Of a DNA stretch of 64,000 bases, positions 1 through 10,168 are shown piece by piece (position 1 is the first letter of the stretch; each line of letters opens with the position of its first letter). Source of the stretch: an uncultured delta proteobacterium. GTDB lineage: Bacteria; Desulfobacterota; Syntrophorhabdia; Syntrophorhabdales; WCHB1-27. The notes under the pieces are model-generated. The model had not been told where the DNA came from. It did not search any database and saw only the letters and a program-made list of their open reading frames with translations. The DNA lies in assembly GCA_963810935.1 (NCBI GenBank), contig CAWEPK010000007.1, forward strand, positions 288,001-352,000. Reading direction: 5' to 3'. The translations under genes and the position numbers were made by a program.

Positions 1-114
1 GCCCCCGTGATCCCTACTATTATTCTTCGCATGTCCGGCCCCTTTTTAGAAAATGTCGCGCGTTGCGCCTCTATCATAATATTACAATAATCTGCCCGTA
101 GACCTCACGCATTT

Positions 115-1335
115 TCAGGCGGAGGCAGACCGCTTTGCCGCTTCCTCTTCACGGTCGCCCAACTTCCGGAATATCGGTACGACCACTACCGCGCCCACGA
201 TCACCATGATCTTTGCATAGAGGATCGAGACGACCACGGCAAGTGGGGTGAAGTGCCTGATGGCGATCGTCATCGTCAGCGCCGCGTTGGTTATGGCGAC
301 CTCGAAGCAGGCGGCCGTCCGCTGCCTGGGTCCGAAACCGGCTAACTTGGGCAGGTAGTAGCCGATTACATAACTTACCAGGGAGAACAGCACGCATCCG
401 CCCGCGAGGTACGGGAGTATATAGAGGTGCTTCAGGATCGTGCTCGTGCCGCGCGACATGCTCCCCATCATGATCATGCCGAGGCAGATTACCGCGATGG
501 GACCGAGGGCGGGTTTCACGCGCCCCAACTGCCGCACGAAAACGGAACCCAGTATGCTGCCCACTCCCACGGGCAGGATCACCATGCGCACGAGGTCCTC
601 AAAGATGCCGAGAGTGTCCACGTGCGTCATCTTTCCCGCCATCAAAAAGGTTATGACGGGCAACAGGAAAGGGGAGAGGACCGTGTTGACGGTGGTGACG
701 GAAACCGACAGGGCGAGGTCTCCCTGCGCCACCATGGTGAGAGCGTTAGAGGCAGTCCCGGTCGGGGCTGCCCCGAGAAGGATCATACCCACCGCAAGCG
801 CCTGCCCGGTGACCGGCGGCAGGAGATTGATGAAGCTGAGATAGGCGCAGCCGTACGCGGCCAACGGCACGCAGGTCCACCTTATCAGCACGCATAAGCC
901 TACGAGCCTCGGATTGCGTATCATCCGCTTCCAGTCATCGGCGTTGATGGCAAGACCCATCACGAAGAGCGACGCCATGAGGTAATAGGCGTTCCAGCGC
1001 GCCGCGAAGCTCTTCTCGACCGTGGGGTAGAAGAGGTAGCCGAACAGGATCATGAGCGTGAGAATGATAGAGGAAGAGCTGCTCACGAAGCTGCACAGCT
1101 TGAGCCACAAGGGGGACGGACGCCCCGCCCTGTGACCCTTGTCGAAGGCGAAATACCCCAGCAGGAGCGCGGCTATCCATAGCACTATCGTCGATACGCT
1201 CGCCCAGGGCGTCGCGCCGAGGGGCATGCCGACAAACCCCGATTTAAAAAGGGCGATTATGAAACCCGCTAGAGCACAGGCGTTGGAACAGTACTTCAGT
1301 ATCTTCCCGCCGGAACTATCTCCGCTGCCCCTCAT
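115..1335 (-). CDS. Bile acid:sodium symporter (BASS/SBF) family transporter with extra N-terminal TM helices
   Basis: Motifs 'LGAAPTGTASNALT..AQGDLALSVSVTTVNT' and 'FEVAITNAAL'; many hydrophobic segments; RBS AGGAAGG. Confidence 0.85.
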   Translation of the reverse strand: MRGSGDSSGGKILKYCSNACALAGFIIALFKSGFVGMPLGATPWASVSTIVLWIAALLLGYFAFDKGHRAGRPSPLWLKLCSFVSSSSSIILTLMILFGYLFYPTVEKSFAARWNAYYLMASLFVMGLAINADDWKRMIRNPRLVGLCVLIRWTCVPLAAYGCAYLSFINLLPPVTGQALAVGMILLGAAPTGTASNALTMVAQGDLALSVSVTTVNTVLSPFLLPVITFLMAGKMTHVDTLGIFEDLVRMVILPVGVGSILGSVFVRQLGRVKPALGPIAVICLGMIMMGSMSRGTSTILKHLYILPYLAGGCVLFSLVSYVIGYYLPKLAGFGPRQRTAACFEVAITNAALTMTIAIRHFTPLAVVVSILYAKIMVIVGAVVVVPIFRKLGDREEEAAKRSASA

Positions 1336-1366
1336 GCACCTTCCTCCCCTTTAGATCACGCCCGTT

Positions 1367-2758
1367 TTATAAATAGTCTTCCCTCTTTATCTTGTCGATG
1401 TTGATGGGCCTGATCCTCTCGAACTGGGACCTCTCGTCGGGCTCTGACAGGGGCGGCTTGGTGGCGTCGATGCCCATCTTCGAGCCTATCCTCGACCATC
1501 CCAGCGGGCTGCCGGGCTTCACTACCTCGAAGCCCGTAGGGTCCATCGGGTGCACCCTGACGTTATCTACGACGAATACGTCCGTCGCCGGGTTGACGCG
1601 GGTGTTCATCGCCCATATCACGTCCGCCGGGTTGAAGATATCGACGTCCTCGTCCACTGCGATCACTACCTTCGGGTGGAGATACTGTGAAGAGAGTGCG
1701 CCCATGAGGACGTTCTTTGCCTCTCCTTTGAAGCGCTGCTTCAACTGGACCACGGCAGCGAAGATACCCGGGAGCATGAGGACGTTCTGGAGGTCCGTGA
1801 AGCCGCCTACCGTCTGGAGCCGCTCGTAAAGGGCCGTCGACATGGGGACCTTATGGTAGACGCAGCCCTCGACCTCGGAGCCGTTCTGTATCTCCTTGTA
1901 GATGGCGTCCTTGCGCATCATGAGCTTGTTGACCTGTATCACGGGGTTCATGCCCGTGCCGGAGATGTAGTAATCCTGGAACTCCGAGAAGGGACCTTCT
2001 TCCTCCCTTACGCCGGGCAGTATCTCTCCTTCAAAACATAGTTCGGCAAACGCAGGCACCTGGAGGTCGTTGGTCTCGCACTGGACCAACTGCACCTCTT
2101 CCTGAAGGAGTGCGCCTGCAAGCTCCAGCTCGTCCATGTCAGCCGGTCCCGTATAAGCGGCGGCCATGTAGAACATGGGATGGTTGCCTATCATGACGGT
2201 TATGGGAGTCGGCTTGTTTTGGGCCTCGTTCTTCTGGTGGATCAGGTAGAGGTGCCTGGGCACCATCAGAATGCCGAGCTTTCTCGGACCCTTGATCTGC
2301 ATGCGGTGGAAGCTCATGTTCCTGATGCCCGTATCGGGGTCGCGGACTATGACAAGGCCGGACGTGATGAACCTCCCTCCGTCCCTCTGGCCCGCGACGT
2401 GGGCGGGCAGGGAAGTCATGTCCACCTCGTCCCCCGACTTGACGACTTCCTTGACAGGGCCGTCATCGACCATGACGGTCTTTCTCAGGTTCTTGGCCCG
2501 CCTCGAGAACTCTTTTATCATGCCTTCCAGGGGGACGTCGAACGCGAGGGCGGCATGCTTCAGGTTCGCGGGGGCCATGCCTAAGGCCCTCCAACCAGGG
2601 AACCCCTTGACGTTTTCGAAGAGAAGGGCCTTGTCGCGGGAGCCGTAAAGGAGGGCGCCCATCTCAGTGTTGGGATCGACCGGTTTCGTCAGTGTGAGCA
2701 GCTCTCCGGCCTTTTTCAGCTTATCGATCCAGTCGCGCATATCAGGGTTCTTTTTCAT
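1367..2758 (-). CDS. UbiD family (prFMN-dependent) decarboxylase
   Basis: 'RNMSFHRMQ', 'VPAFAELCFEG', 'EEGPFSEF', 'VDEDVDIFNP..V.WA..TR', 'KMGIDATKP'. Confidence 0.93.
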   Translation of the reverse strand: MKKNPDMRDWIDKLKKAGELLTLTKPVDPNTEMGALLYGSRDKALLFENVKGFPGWRALGMAPANLKHAALAFDVPLEGMIKEFSRRAKNLRKTVMVDDGPVKEVVKSGDEVDMTSLPAHVAGQRDGGRFITSGLVIVRDPDTGIRNMSFHRMQIKGPRKLGILMVPRHLYLIHQKNEAQNKPTPITVMIGNHPMFYMAAAYTGPADMDELELAGALLQEEVQLVQCETNDLQVPAFAELCFEGEILPGVREEEGPFSEFQDYYISGTGMNPVIQVNKLMMRKDAIYKEIQNGSEVEGCVYHKVPMSTALYERLQTVGGFTDLQNVLMLPGIFAAVVQLKQRFKGEAKNVLMGALSSQYLHPKVVIAVDEDVDIFNPADVIWAMNTRVNPATDVFVVDNVRVHPMDPTGFEVVKPGSPLGWSRIGSKMGIDATKPPLSEPDERSQFERIRPINIDKIKREDYL

Positions 2759-3579
2759 CTCTGCACCTCTTTGTATTTTTTATTATTTACCTGTTGACTA
2801 TCTCTACGAGGGCTTTCCGTGCCTGCCCTCAGCTTCCGGTAAGTCCGGTCTACCTGGCGTATGTCCTTCTCAAGCTCCTTCATCGCCAGCTCCCCGTCGC
2901 CCTTCTCCAGGGCGTCGATGATGCGGCGGTGGGTTTTCTGCGCCTTCCTGATCGTGTCCATGCCGATGCGGAGGAGGCTGTGAAAATGGGCGACGACGGA
3001 CATCAGCGATTCCGCCATGATCACGTAAACGTAATTGCCCGTGGCCTCCGCGAGGAGCGTGTGGAACCGGAGCTGGTCCTCGAAGGGCCGGAGGTGCTTG
3101 TTGAATTTTTCCTCTGCTTCCCGCACCCCCTCCTTGATGCGGGTTATGGCCGCGCGGTCGTTCTTCTCCAGGACGTTCTTCAGTATGATTTTTTCGATGT
3201 CGAGGCGGACTTGCGTCAGGTGGTCCGTGGTCATCTGCTTTACGCAGAAGGCGTCGAGGAAGAGTTCGCTTATGGAGTGGAGGACGGTGTCGGCGACGAT
3301 GGCCCCGCCCGTCGCCCCCTGCTGGACGACTATGAAGCCCGCGAGCTTGAGCCGCAACAGGGCTTCCCGCACCGTCTGGCGGCATACGCCGAACTGGGCG
3401 GCCAGGGTCATCTCGGAAGGCAGGAGGTCCCCCTGCTTGAGGACCCCGGAAAAGATCAGCCTCTTGATCTCGGCCGAGATGTCTTCAAAGGCCCTCTTGG
3501 GTTTGAGGGGACTGAACTGCAAGTCCCGCCTCTTCGCAGCCGGGGGTTCTTTCGCAGTCCTGCCGGCGAGTCTGTCCAT
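2755..3579 (-). CDS. GntR/FadR family transcriptional regulator (start set at MDRLAG, after AAGGGGG)
   Basis: wHTH 'LPSEMTLAAQFGVCRQTVREALLRL' plus FCD domain 'FHTLLAEATGN'. Confidence 0.9.
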   Translation of the reverse strand: MDRLAGRTAKEPPAAKRRDLQFSPLKPKRAFEDISAEIKRLIFSGVLKQGDLLPSEMTLAAQFGVCRQTVREALLRLKLAGFIVVQQGATGGAIVADTVLHSISELFLDAFCVKQMTTDHLTQVRLDIEKIILKNVLEKNDRAAITRIKEGVREAEEKFNKHLRPFEDQLRFHTLLAEATGNYVYVIMAESLMSVVAHFHSLLRIGMDTIRKAQKTHRRIIDALEKGDGELAMKELEKDIRQVDRTYRKLRAGTESPRRDSQQVNNKKYKEVQR

Positions 3580-3606
3580 GTTTACGACACCCCCTTTTCG
3601 TATTTG

Positions 3607-3618
3607 AAATGTCAGACA
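3607..3618 (-). promoter_or_regulatory. Putative FadR-type operator TGTCTGACATTT
   Basis: Palindrome TGTC-N-GACA about 30 bp upstream of the left regulator; mirrored at 3862-3873. Confidence 0.6.
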
Positions 3619-3861
3619 GTTGAAACGTTGGTTTATTGAATACTCCGCCTTGCGGTTCTTTGTCAAGAAAAAAACCGTTGACGAAAAATAGATCGCCTTA
3701 CGGGATCGAGTCGGAAAGGAACATAATTGTTGCATGATTGCTCATAGTTACGCTCCGGGCATGAGGGAGCCTCCGCAGCGCCCGGAAGAGAGCCGTTAAC
3801 TTTCCTCAATTTTTTTCTTGACAAGCATTCGTCGAAGTGTATAAACCTACATATATTCATG

Positions 3862-3873
3862 TGTCGGACATTT
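3862..3873 (+). promoter_or_regulatory. Putative FadR-type operator TGTCGGACATTT, downstream of a TTGACA (3818)/TATAAA (3840) promoter
   Basis: Palindrome TGTC-N-GACA; matches the 3607-3618 site. Confidence 0.6.
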
Positions 3874-3899
3874 GGCCTTTTGTTCTTAACCGGAGGAAA

Positions 3900-4670
3900 A
3901 TGAAAGAGATGGAGTCCGTTCCCAACGTTCCCAGGAAAACCGAGGCAGAGAGCAAGCGCAAGGTGGTCTTTGCGCCCCTCAAAAAGCGCAGGGCTTTCGA
4001 GGAAATTTCCATCGATATAAAGCGGATGATCTTTTCAGGGAAGCTAAAGCCGGGAGACGCCCTGCCCTCCGAGGGCGAGTTGGCCGCGCAGTTTTGCGTT
4101 AGCCGCCAGACGGTGCGCGAGGCGCTGCGCAGGCTCGAGTTGTCTGGCTTTGTGGTGGTCCAGAAGGGGGCTTCGGGCGGCCCCTTTGTCGTGGATACGA
4201 TCCTGGAATCGATCGGCGCCCTTTTCGTGGACGCCTTCCTCTTCAAAAGGATGGGCACCTCCGATCTTACCGAGGCGCGGCTTGAAATTGAGAAGATGGT
4301 GCTGAATAACGTTTTTAAGGCGAAGGATTCGGAGGCGATAGCCCGGATGAGGCGGAATGAGGAAGAAGCCGCCAGGAAACTGGACGAGGGAGTACCGGCC
4401 TTCGAGGAAAACCTCAATTTTCACAAGCTCATGGCGAGCGCTACCGGGAATTTCATGTTCGTGATCCTGATGGAATCGACGATGACCGTCGTTGCCCACT
4501 TTCACAGCGTGCTGCGCATAGGGGTGAATACTGTCAGGGGCGCGCACAAAGCGCACCTCCGCATCATCGACGCCATCGAGAAGGGCGACCAGCGCCGCGC
4601 CGAGCTGGAGCTGGAAAAGCATATACTCGCGATCGACGATATGTACATCAACGTGCAGAAGCGGACCTGA
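3900..4670 (+). CDS. GntR/FadR family transcriptional regulator (paralog of the divergent one)
   Basis: 'LPSEGELAAQFCVSRQTVREALRRL' plus FCD; RBS GGAGG before ATG 3900. Confidence 0.9.
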   Translation: MKEMESVPNVPRKTEAESKRKVVFAPLKKRRAFEEISIDIKRMIFSGKLKPGDALPSEGELAAQFCVSRQTVREALRRLELSGFVVVQKGASGGPFVVDTILESIGALFVDAFLFKRMGTSDLTEARLEIEKMVLNNVFKAKDSEAIARMRRNEEEAARKLDEGVPAFEENLNFHKLMASATGNFMFVILMESTMTVVAHFHSVLRIGVNTVRGAHKAHLRIIDAIEKGDQRRAELELEKHILAIDDMYINVQKRT

Positions 4671-4796
4671 TATAGATTAGCGATCATCGAAAGCGGCAGG
4701 GCCGGCCGAGGCATCCCCGTGCCCTGCCCGAATATGCAATGTAAATCCCGCCTCGAAGACGGGAGAAGCTAGCCGTTCTCTAAAGCAGGGGGGCAA

Positions 4797-7445
4797 ATGG
4801 AAGAGATCAGATTCAGCGTCAATGGCCTGCCTCAACATATCATCAGCGATCCGAACAAAAGCCTTCTGAAAGTTCTAAGGGAAGATTTGAGGCTTACGGG
4901 CACGAAGGAGGGGTGCTCCGCCGGTCACTGCGGCACGTGCGCCGTACTCGTGGACGGGCTGGTCGTCTACGCGTGCAAGCACCCCGTATCGAAAGTCTCC
5001 GGCAAGCACGTCGTCACCATCGAGGGGATAGGAACGCCCGCAAATCCTCACCCGCTGCAGGCTGCATTTGCCGCTTGCGGGGCCGTTCAGTGCGGGTTTT
5101 GCACGCCGGGGATCATCGTGCGCGCGAAGGCCCTCCTCGATAAGAACCCGAACCCCACCCGGAAGGACATCGTGGAAGCGGTGCAGCCGCACCTTTGCCG
5201 CTGCACGGGGTATATAAAGATCTTCGAGGCTATCGAGGTGGCGGCGGCCAACATGAGGGACGGAACGCCGCTGCCCGGGGCAGGGGAAGGAACGCTTATC
5301 TCGAAGGCGGTCGCCCGGCCGGACGGCCTCAGTAAGGCAACGGGCGTCGCCCTTTTCGCGGACGACATCAGGGTGGACGGCTGCGCGCACATGAAAATTG
5401 TCAGAAGTCCTTATCATCACGCCCTGATAAAGGAGATCGACAAAGGGCCCGCCCTTTCCGTTCCCGGCGTTTTCGCCGTCTTCACCGCCGGTGATATCAA
5501 AGGGACGAACCTATTGAAATTGGTCGGAGACGACCTGCCGGTCCTTTGCGCCAACAAGGTCCGCATGATCGGGGACCCCGTGGCGGCAGTGGTGGCGGCG
5601 ACACCGAAGATAGCGGCCGAAGGGGCGCGACTCGTGCGCGTCCGCTATGAGGAATTGCCGGCCGTTCTTACGGTAGAAGAGGCTCTGAAGCCTGACGCCC
5701 CGCAAGTGAGCGAGAAAGGCTCCAACCTGTTTTTCACGCGTAATGTCGTGTTCGGGGACGTGGAAGCGGGACTCCGGGACGCCGAGGTGATCGTGGAGGG
5801 CAGCTACTCCACCCAGGCGATCGAGCACGGCTATCTGGAGAACGACTCGGGTATCGCTTACGTGCACGATAACGGGCAGTTGGTCGTGATGTCCGGGTCG
5901 CAAAACATGTACCGCCATCGCCAGGCGATAGCCGACGCCCTGGGCATCGCCCCTGACATGCTGCGGATAGTGCAGACGGTGACCGGGGGTGCTTTCGGCG
6001 GGAAACTGGACGTGAACGTGGGCGGAGTTCTCGGCGCTGCCGCCCTGGCGCTGAACAGGCCGGTCAAGCTCGTCTTCACGCGCGAGGAAACGTTCATCGC
6101 GACAAGCAAGCGACATCCCTTTTCGATCCGGGGAAAAATAGGAGCGAGGAAGGACGGGACGCTGACGGCCGTCGATTTTGACGCGACCGCGGACGGCGGG
6201 GCTTACAAATCATACTCGGTGGCGGTGATGACGAGGGGCAGCGTGCATGCCGGGGGCCCTTACCGGTTGCCCGGCTGCCGCATCGTCGGCCGGACGGTCT
6301 TCACCAATACCGCCTTCAAAGGCGCGATGAGGGGCTTCGGCTCGCCCCAGTATGCCTTCATCCAGGAATCGATGATGGATGAGCTGGCTATGAAGCTGGG
6401 TATGGACGCACTCGACCTGCGGATCAAGAACGGGGTCAGGGGCGGCGACGTAATCATAACGGGCCAGAAGCTGGACGACGACATCGGTTTCGCCAAATGC
6501 CTCGAGCAACTGAGGCCTCTCTACTTAACTGCCGTGGATAAAGCCTCCGCCCTCTCGACGGACACCGTGAAAAGGGGTGTCGGGATTGCCTGTGTTCACT
6601 TCGGGTCGGGGGTGCCCTTTCCCGACAGGTCGGAGGCATGGGCTGAGATCCTTCCGGAAGGGCGGCTTCAGGTCTGGATCGGCTCGGCGGATGTCGGCCA
6701 GGGGTCGGATACCATGTTCTTGCAGATCGCCGCGGAAACGATGGGTTATCCCCTGGACCGGGTATCGGTATGCACCACCGACACGGCCCGTGTGCCGGAC
6801 GGCAGCATCTCTTCGGGCAGCAGGCAAACGTATGTGTCCGGAAGGGCGGTTCAGAAGGCGGTGGGAGAGTTGAAGAAGCTGATGTCGGACAACGGCTGCG
6901 TAACCTATTCGGACCTCACGTCGAAGGGCCTGCCGACCATGGTCAAGCTCGTGCACCAGACGGAGACGGAAGCGGTCGATCCGGTGGACGCCCACGGCAA
7001 GCTTTTCGAGACTTTCGCGTACGCCGTCCAGATGGCCGAGGTGGCGGTCGATGTGAAGACGGGCCGGGTATCGGTGACGAAGATCACGGCAGTCCAGGAC
7101 ATCGGCCGGTCCATAAACAAGCTGAACGTGGAAGGGCAGACCCAGGGAGGCATAATCCAGGGCCTCGGCTACGCCCTCACGGAAGACTACCGGTATCCGG
7201 AGACCGACAGCTTCGCGAAGTTCCGTACGCCCAGAGCCAAGGATGTGCCGGAGATAGAGATCGTGGTTGTGGATTCGCCGCGCAAGAACGGGCCGTTCGG
7301 TGCTTGCGGCGTGGGCGAGCTTACGCTGGTGCCGACGGTGCCGGCCATCTGCAACGCCGTCCGTCATGCCTGCGGCGTACGCATCTACGACCTGCCGATC
7401 ACCAGGGAAAAGATCAAGGCGGGGCTGGCGTCCGAAAAGCCGTGA
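4797..7445 (+). CDS. Molybdopterin aldehyde oxidoreductase (Mop/xanthine oxidase family; fused 2x[2Fe-2S] and Mo domains)
   Basis: 'GCSAGHCGTC', 'QCGFCTPG', 'LCRCTGY', 'GGAFGGK', 'AMRGFG', catalytic 'GVGE'. Confidence 0.92.
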   Translation: MEEIRFSVNGLPQHIISDPNKSLLKVLREDLRLTGTKEGCSAGHCGTCAVLVDGLVVYACKHPVSKVSGKHVVTIEGIGTPANPHPLQAAFAACGAVQCGFCTPGIIVRAKALLDKNPNPTRKDIVEAVQPHLCRCTGYIKIFEAIEVAAANMRDGTPLPGAGEGTLISKAVARPDGLSKATGVALFADDIRVDGCAHMKIVRSPYHHALIKEIDKGPALSVPGVFAVFTAGDIKGTNLLKLVGDDLPVLCANKVRMIGDPVAAVVAATPKIAAEGARLVRVRYEELPAVLTVEEALKPDAPQVSEKGSNLFFTRNVVFGDVEAGLRDAEVIVEGSYSTQAIEHGYLENDSGIAYVHDNGQLVVMSGSQNMYRHRQAIADALGIAPDMLRIVQTVTGGAFGGKLDVNVGGVLGAAALALNRPVKLVFTREETFIATSKRHPFSIRGKIGARKDGTLTAVDFDATADGGAYKSYSVAVMTRGSVHAGGPYRLPGCRIVGRTVFTNTAFKGAMRGFGSPQYAFIQESMMDELAMKLGMDALDLRIKNGVRGGDVIITGQKLDDDIGFAKCLEQLRPLYLTAVDKASALSTDTVKRGVGIACVHFGSGVPFPDRSEAWAEILPEGRLQVWIGSADVGQGSDTMFLQIAAETMGYPLDRVSVCTTDTARVPDGSISSGSRQTYVSGRAVQKAVGELKKLMSDNGCVTYSDLTSKGLPTMVKLVHQTETEAVDPVDAHGKLFETFAYAVQMAEVAVDVKTGRVSVTKITAVQDIGRSINKLNVEGQTQGGIIQGLGYALTEDYRYPETDSFAKFRTPRAKDVPEIEIVVVDSPRKNGPFGACGVGELTLVPTVPAICNAVRHACGVRIYDLPITREKIKAGLASEKP

Positions 7446-7531
7446 GCACTTGCAGGCAGTGGCTGGGTCCTGGAGACGGACATCTACATAGACGACGACG
7501 ACGAGAAATGAATAAATCATGGGAGGTGGAC

Positions 7532-8287
7532 GTGAGACTGAAAGACAGGGCGATCATCGTTACGGGAGCGGCCCGTGGATTGGGAAGGGCCTACGCGCTG
7601 AGGCTTGCCGAGGAGGGCGCGAAGGTGGTGGTGGCTGACATCCTCGATGGGGGCGGGACGGTACAGGCAATAAAGGCTATGGGCGGCCAGGCGGTGGCGA
7701 TCAAGACGGACGTCACCAGCGAAGAGAGCACCAGGGAGATGGCAGCCGCCGCCGTCGCGGCCTTCGGCACAATCGATGTCCTCGTGAACAACGCGGCCAT
7801 CTTCGCGACTATCGTAAAGAAACCTTTTTGGGAGATACCGGCCGAGGAATGGGACGCGGTCATGGCGGTCAATCTGAAAGGACCTTTTCTATGCGCCAAG
7901 GCCGTCTACCCGCAGATGAAGAAACAGGGAAAGGGGAAGATCATCAACGTGGCCTCGGGGACTTACTACAAGGGAGTCCCCTTCTTCCTGCATTATGTCG
8001 TATCGAAAGGAGGCAACGTGGCTATCACCCGGTCCATGGCAAGGGAAGTGGGAGACGCGGGCATATGCGTCAACACGATCGCGCCGGGCTACACGGAGAC
8101 GGAATTCCTGAAGGACAACCCACAGGACGCCCCCGAGGTCACGAAGATGATTATCGCCAGCCAATGCATCAAAAGAGCCTCGACGCCGCGCGATCTCGCG
8201 GGCACGATAGTCTTCCTATCCTCGGATGACAGCGATTTCATCAGCGGCCAGACCATCCTGGTCGATGGGGGCTCGGCGCTGAATTGA
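7532..8287 (+). CDS. SDR family oxidoreductase (GTG start after GGAGG)
   Basis: 'TGAARGLG', 'NNAA', 'YVVSKG', 'ISGQTILVDGG'. Confidence 0.92.
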   Translation: MRLKDRAIIVTGAARGLGRAYALRLAEEGAKVVVADILDGGGTVQAIKAMGGQAVAIKTDVTSEESTREMAAAAVAAFGTIDVLVNNAAIFATIVKKPFWEIPAEEWDAVMAVNLKGPFLCAKAVYPQMKKQGKGKIINVASGTYYKGVPFFLHYVVSKGGNVAITRSMAREVGDAGICVNTIAPGYTETEFLKDNPQDAPEVTKMIIASQCIKRASTPRDLAGTIVFLSSDDSDFISGQTILVDGGSALN

Positions 8288-8337
8288 GCGGAACCGCCGC
8301 TAAGGCGGGCGAACAGCAGCTTGAAAAGGGGGAGGGT

Positions 8338-8820
8338 ATGGATAGTGTTTACAACGTTCTAGTGAGGATCAGCAAGTGGCTTACGGTCATTGCCGCCGTA
8401 GCTCTCACTTTCGTGATGCTCCTGACGGTTGCGGACGTCCTGGGTCGCGCTTTCGGGCACGCGGTGCTGGGCACTTACGAAATCGTCAGCACCATGCTGG
8501 GGGTAGTGATCGGCTTCTGTCTCCCGAAGGTTACGATAGACAGGGGACATATATCCATGGAATTTGTGCTTGAGAAGCTATCGACGAGGAAACGGGCGGT
8601 CGTGAATACGTTTACACGGCTCATTTGTCTCATCCTTTTCGTGCTTATCGCCTATAACCTTGTTTCCATAGGCAATGAGTTCAATCACTCCGGCGAGGTG
8701 TCACCGATACTGGAGATACCGTTCTTCCCGGTTGCGTACGGCATCGCGGCCTGCTGCCTGATCGAATGCTGTGTTTTCTTTTTCGATATAGTAAAGATAT
8801 GGAGGGGCCAATATGAATGA
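8338..8820 (+). CDS. dctQ: TRAP transporter small permease
   Basis: 4 TM segments, 'ADVLGR', 'GHISMEF'; followed by DctM. Confidence 0.88.
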   Translation: MDSVYNVLVRISKWLTVIAAVALTFVMLLTVADVLGRAFGHAVLGTYEIVSTMLGVVIGFCLPKVTIDRGHISMEFVLEKLSTRKRAVVNTFTRLICLILFVLIAYNLVSIGNEFNHSGEVSPILEIPFFPVAYGIAACCLIECCVFFFDIVKIWRGQYE

Positions 8821-10114
8821 GATCATGATAGGCGTCATTGGCCTCGTATGCCTGCTTTTTCTCTTCGTTACCGGGATTGAGATAGGTTTTGCGATGGCGG
8901 TTGTCGGCTTCGCGGGCTTTGCCATCCTGAACGATTTCCATTCGGCCATGAACCTTCTCGGGCGCGACTTCTACGAGGTCATAACCAACTACGGCTACTC
9001 GGTGTTCCCCCTTTTCATCCTGATGGGTCAAGTGGGTTTCAGCGCGGGCATAGCCGTCAGGTTGTACAACGCGGCCAACAAGTTCATGGGGCACATTCCC
9101 GGCGGTCTGGCCATGGCCACGGTAGGAGGCGCTGTCGGCTTCAAGGCGATATGCGGCTCTACGGCGGCGACGGCAGCCACCTTTTCGAGCATCGCCATTC
9201 CTGAGATGGACCGTTACGGTTACAGCAAAACGCTTTCAACGGGCGTTGTTGCGAGCGCCGGCAGCTTGGGGTGCATCATACCACCGAGTGTGACTATCAT
9301 AGTAATCGGCTTCCTGACGGAGCAGTCGATAGGCCAACTCTTTCTCGCGGGCATCATACCCGGACTGCTCATGGCGGTCTTCTTCATCGGCGTCATCTAT
9401 GGATGGGCCCGGATCGATCCGTCAGTCGCCCCGAGGGGGATGCGGTCGTCCTGGAACGAGAGGCTGCACTCGCTGCCCGACATATTCTGGGTCTTCGTGG
9501 TTTTCCTGGTGGTCGTCGGCGGTATCATGCAGGGCTTCTTCACACCTACCGAAGCGGGCGCTGTCGGTACCTTCGCGGTCGTCCTTCTCACTTTGATAAA
9601 ACGGGACCTTAATTTCAAGAAATACGGAGAGGCCATGTTTCAGGCACTCCGCACCGCGGGCATGTTCCTCATGATCCTGGCCGGCTCGACGATATTCGGC
9701 CACTTCATAGCCGTGTCGGGCATCCCGCAACAAGCCGGAGATTGGATCTGCTCCCTGCCGTTGAACAGGTACGCGATCATGGTGCTTATCTGCCTGGTAT
9801 ACGAGCTGGGCGGCTCGTTCATAGACGATCTGGCGTTTACAATCCTGGCCACCCCTATCTTCTACCCGACCGTGCTGAAGCTGGGCTTCAACCCGCTGTG
9901 GTTCGGGATACTGATCACCGTAGTCATCACCATCGGCGTCGTCATCCCGCCCATCGCCGCGTGTGTTTTTGTAGTGCGGAACATTACCAAGGTACCCATA
10001 TGGCAGATATACAGGGGCATTACGCCGTTCCTGATATCCCTCGTGCTCGTCTGGGTGCTGATGTTCATTTTCCCGCAGATGGCGCTCTGGCTGCCGTCTG
10101 TCTTCTACAAGTAA
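8813..10114 (+). CDS. dctM: TRAP transporter large permease
   Basis: 'PLFILMG', 'GSLGCIIPPS', 'GFFTPTEAGAVG'. Confidence 0.93.
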   Translation: MNEIMIGVIGLVCLLFLFVTGIEIGFAMAVVGFAGFAILNDFHSAMNLLGRDFYEVITNYGYSVFPLFILMGQVGFSAGIAVRLYNAANKFMGHIPGGLAMATVGGAVGFKAICGSTAATAATFSSIAIPEMDRYGYSKTLSTGVVASAGSLGCIIPPSVTIIVIGFLTEQSIGQLFLAGIIPGLLMAVFFIGVIYGWARIDPSVAPRGMRSSWNERLHSLPDIFWVFVVFLVVVGGIMQGFFTPTEAGAVGTFAVVLLTLIKRDLNFKKYGEAMFQALRTAGMFLMILAGSTIFGHFIAVSGIPQQAGDWICSLPLNRYAIMVLICLVYELGGSFIDDLAFTILATPIFYPTVLKLGFNPLWFGILITVVITIGVVIPPIAACVFVVRNITKVPIWQIYRGITPFLISLVLVWVLMFIFPQMALWLPSVFYK

Positions 10115-10168
10115 GGGGGTATGGTGATGGTGCAATCACCTGATTATAAAAAAGGGAGGTATGGGGCT

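Noticed and set aside
6770..7531. Long N-terminal extension of the SDR ORF (505 aa in the track)
   Set aside because: It overlaps the oxidoreductase in another frame; the SDR motif and GGAGG RBS point to a start at 7532.
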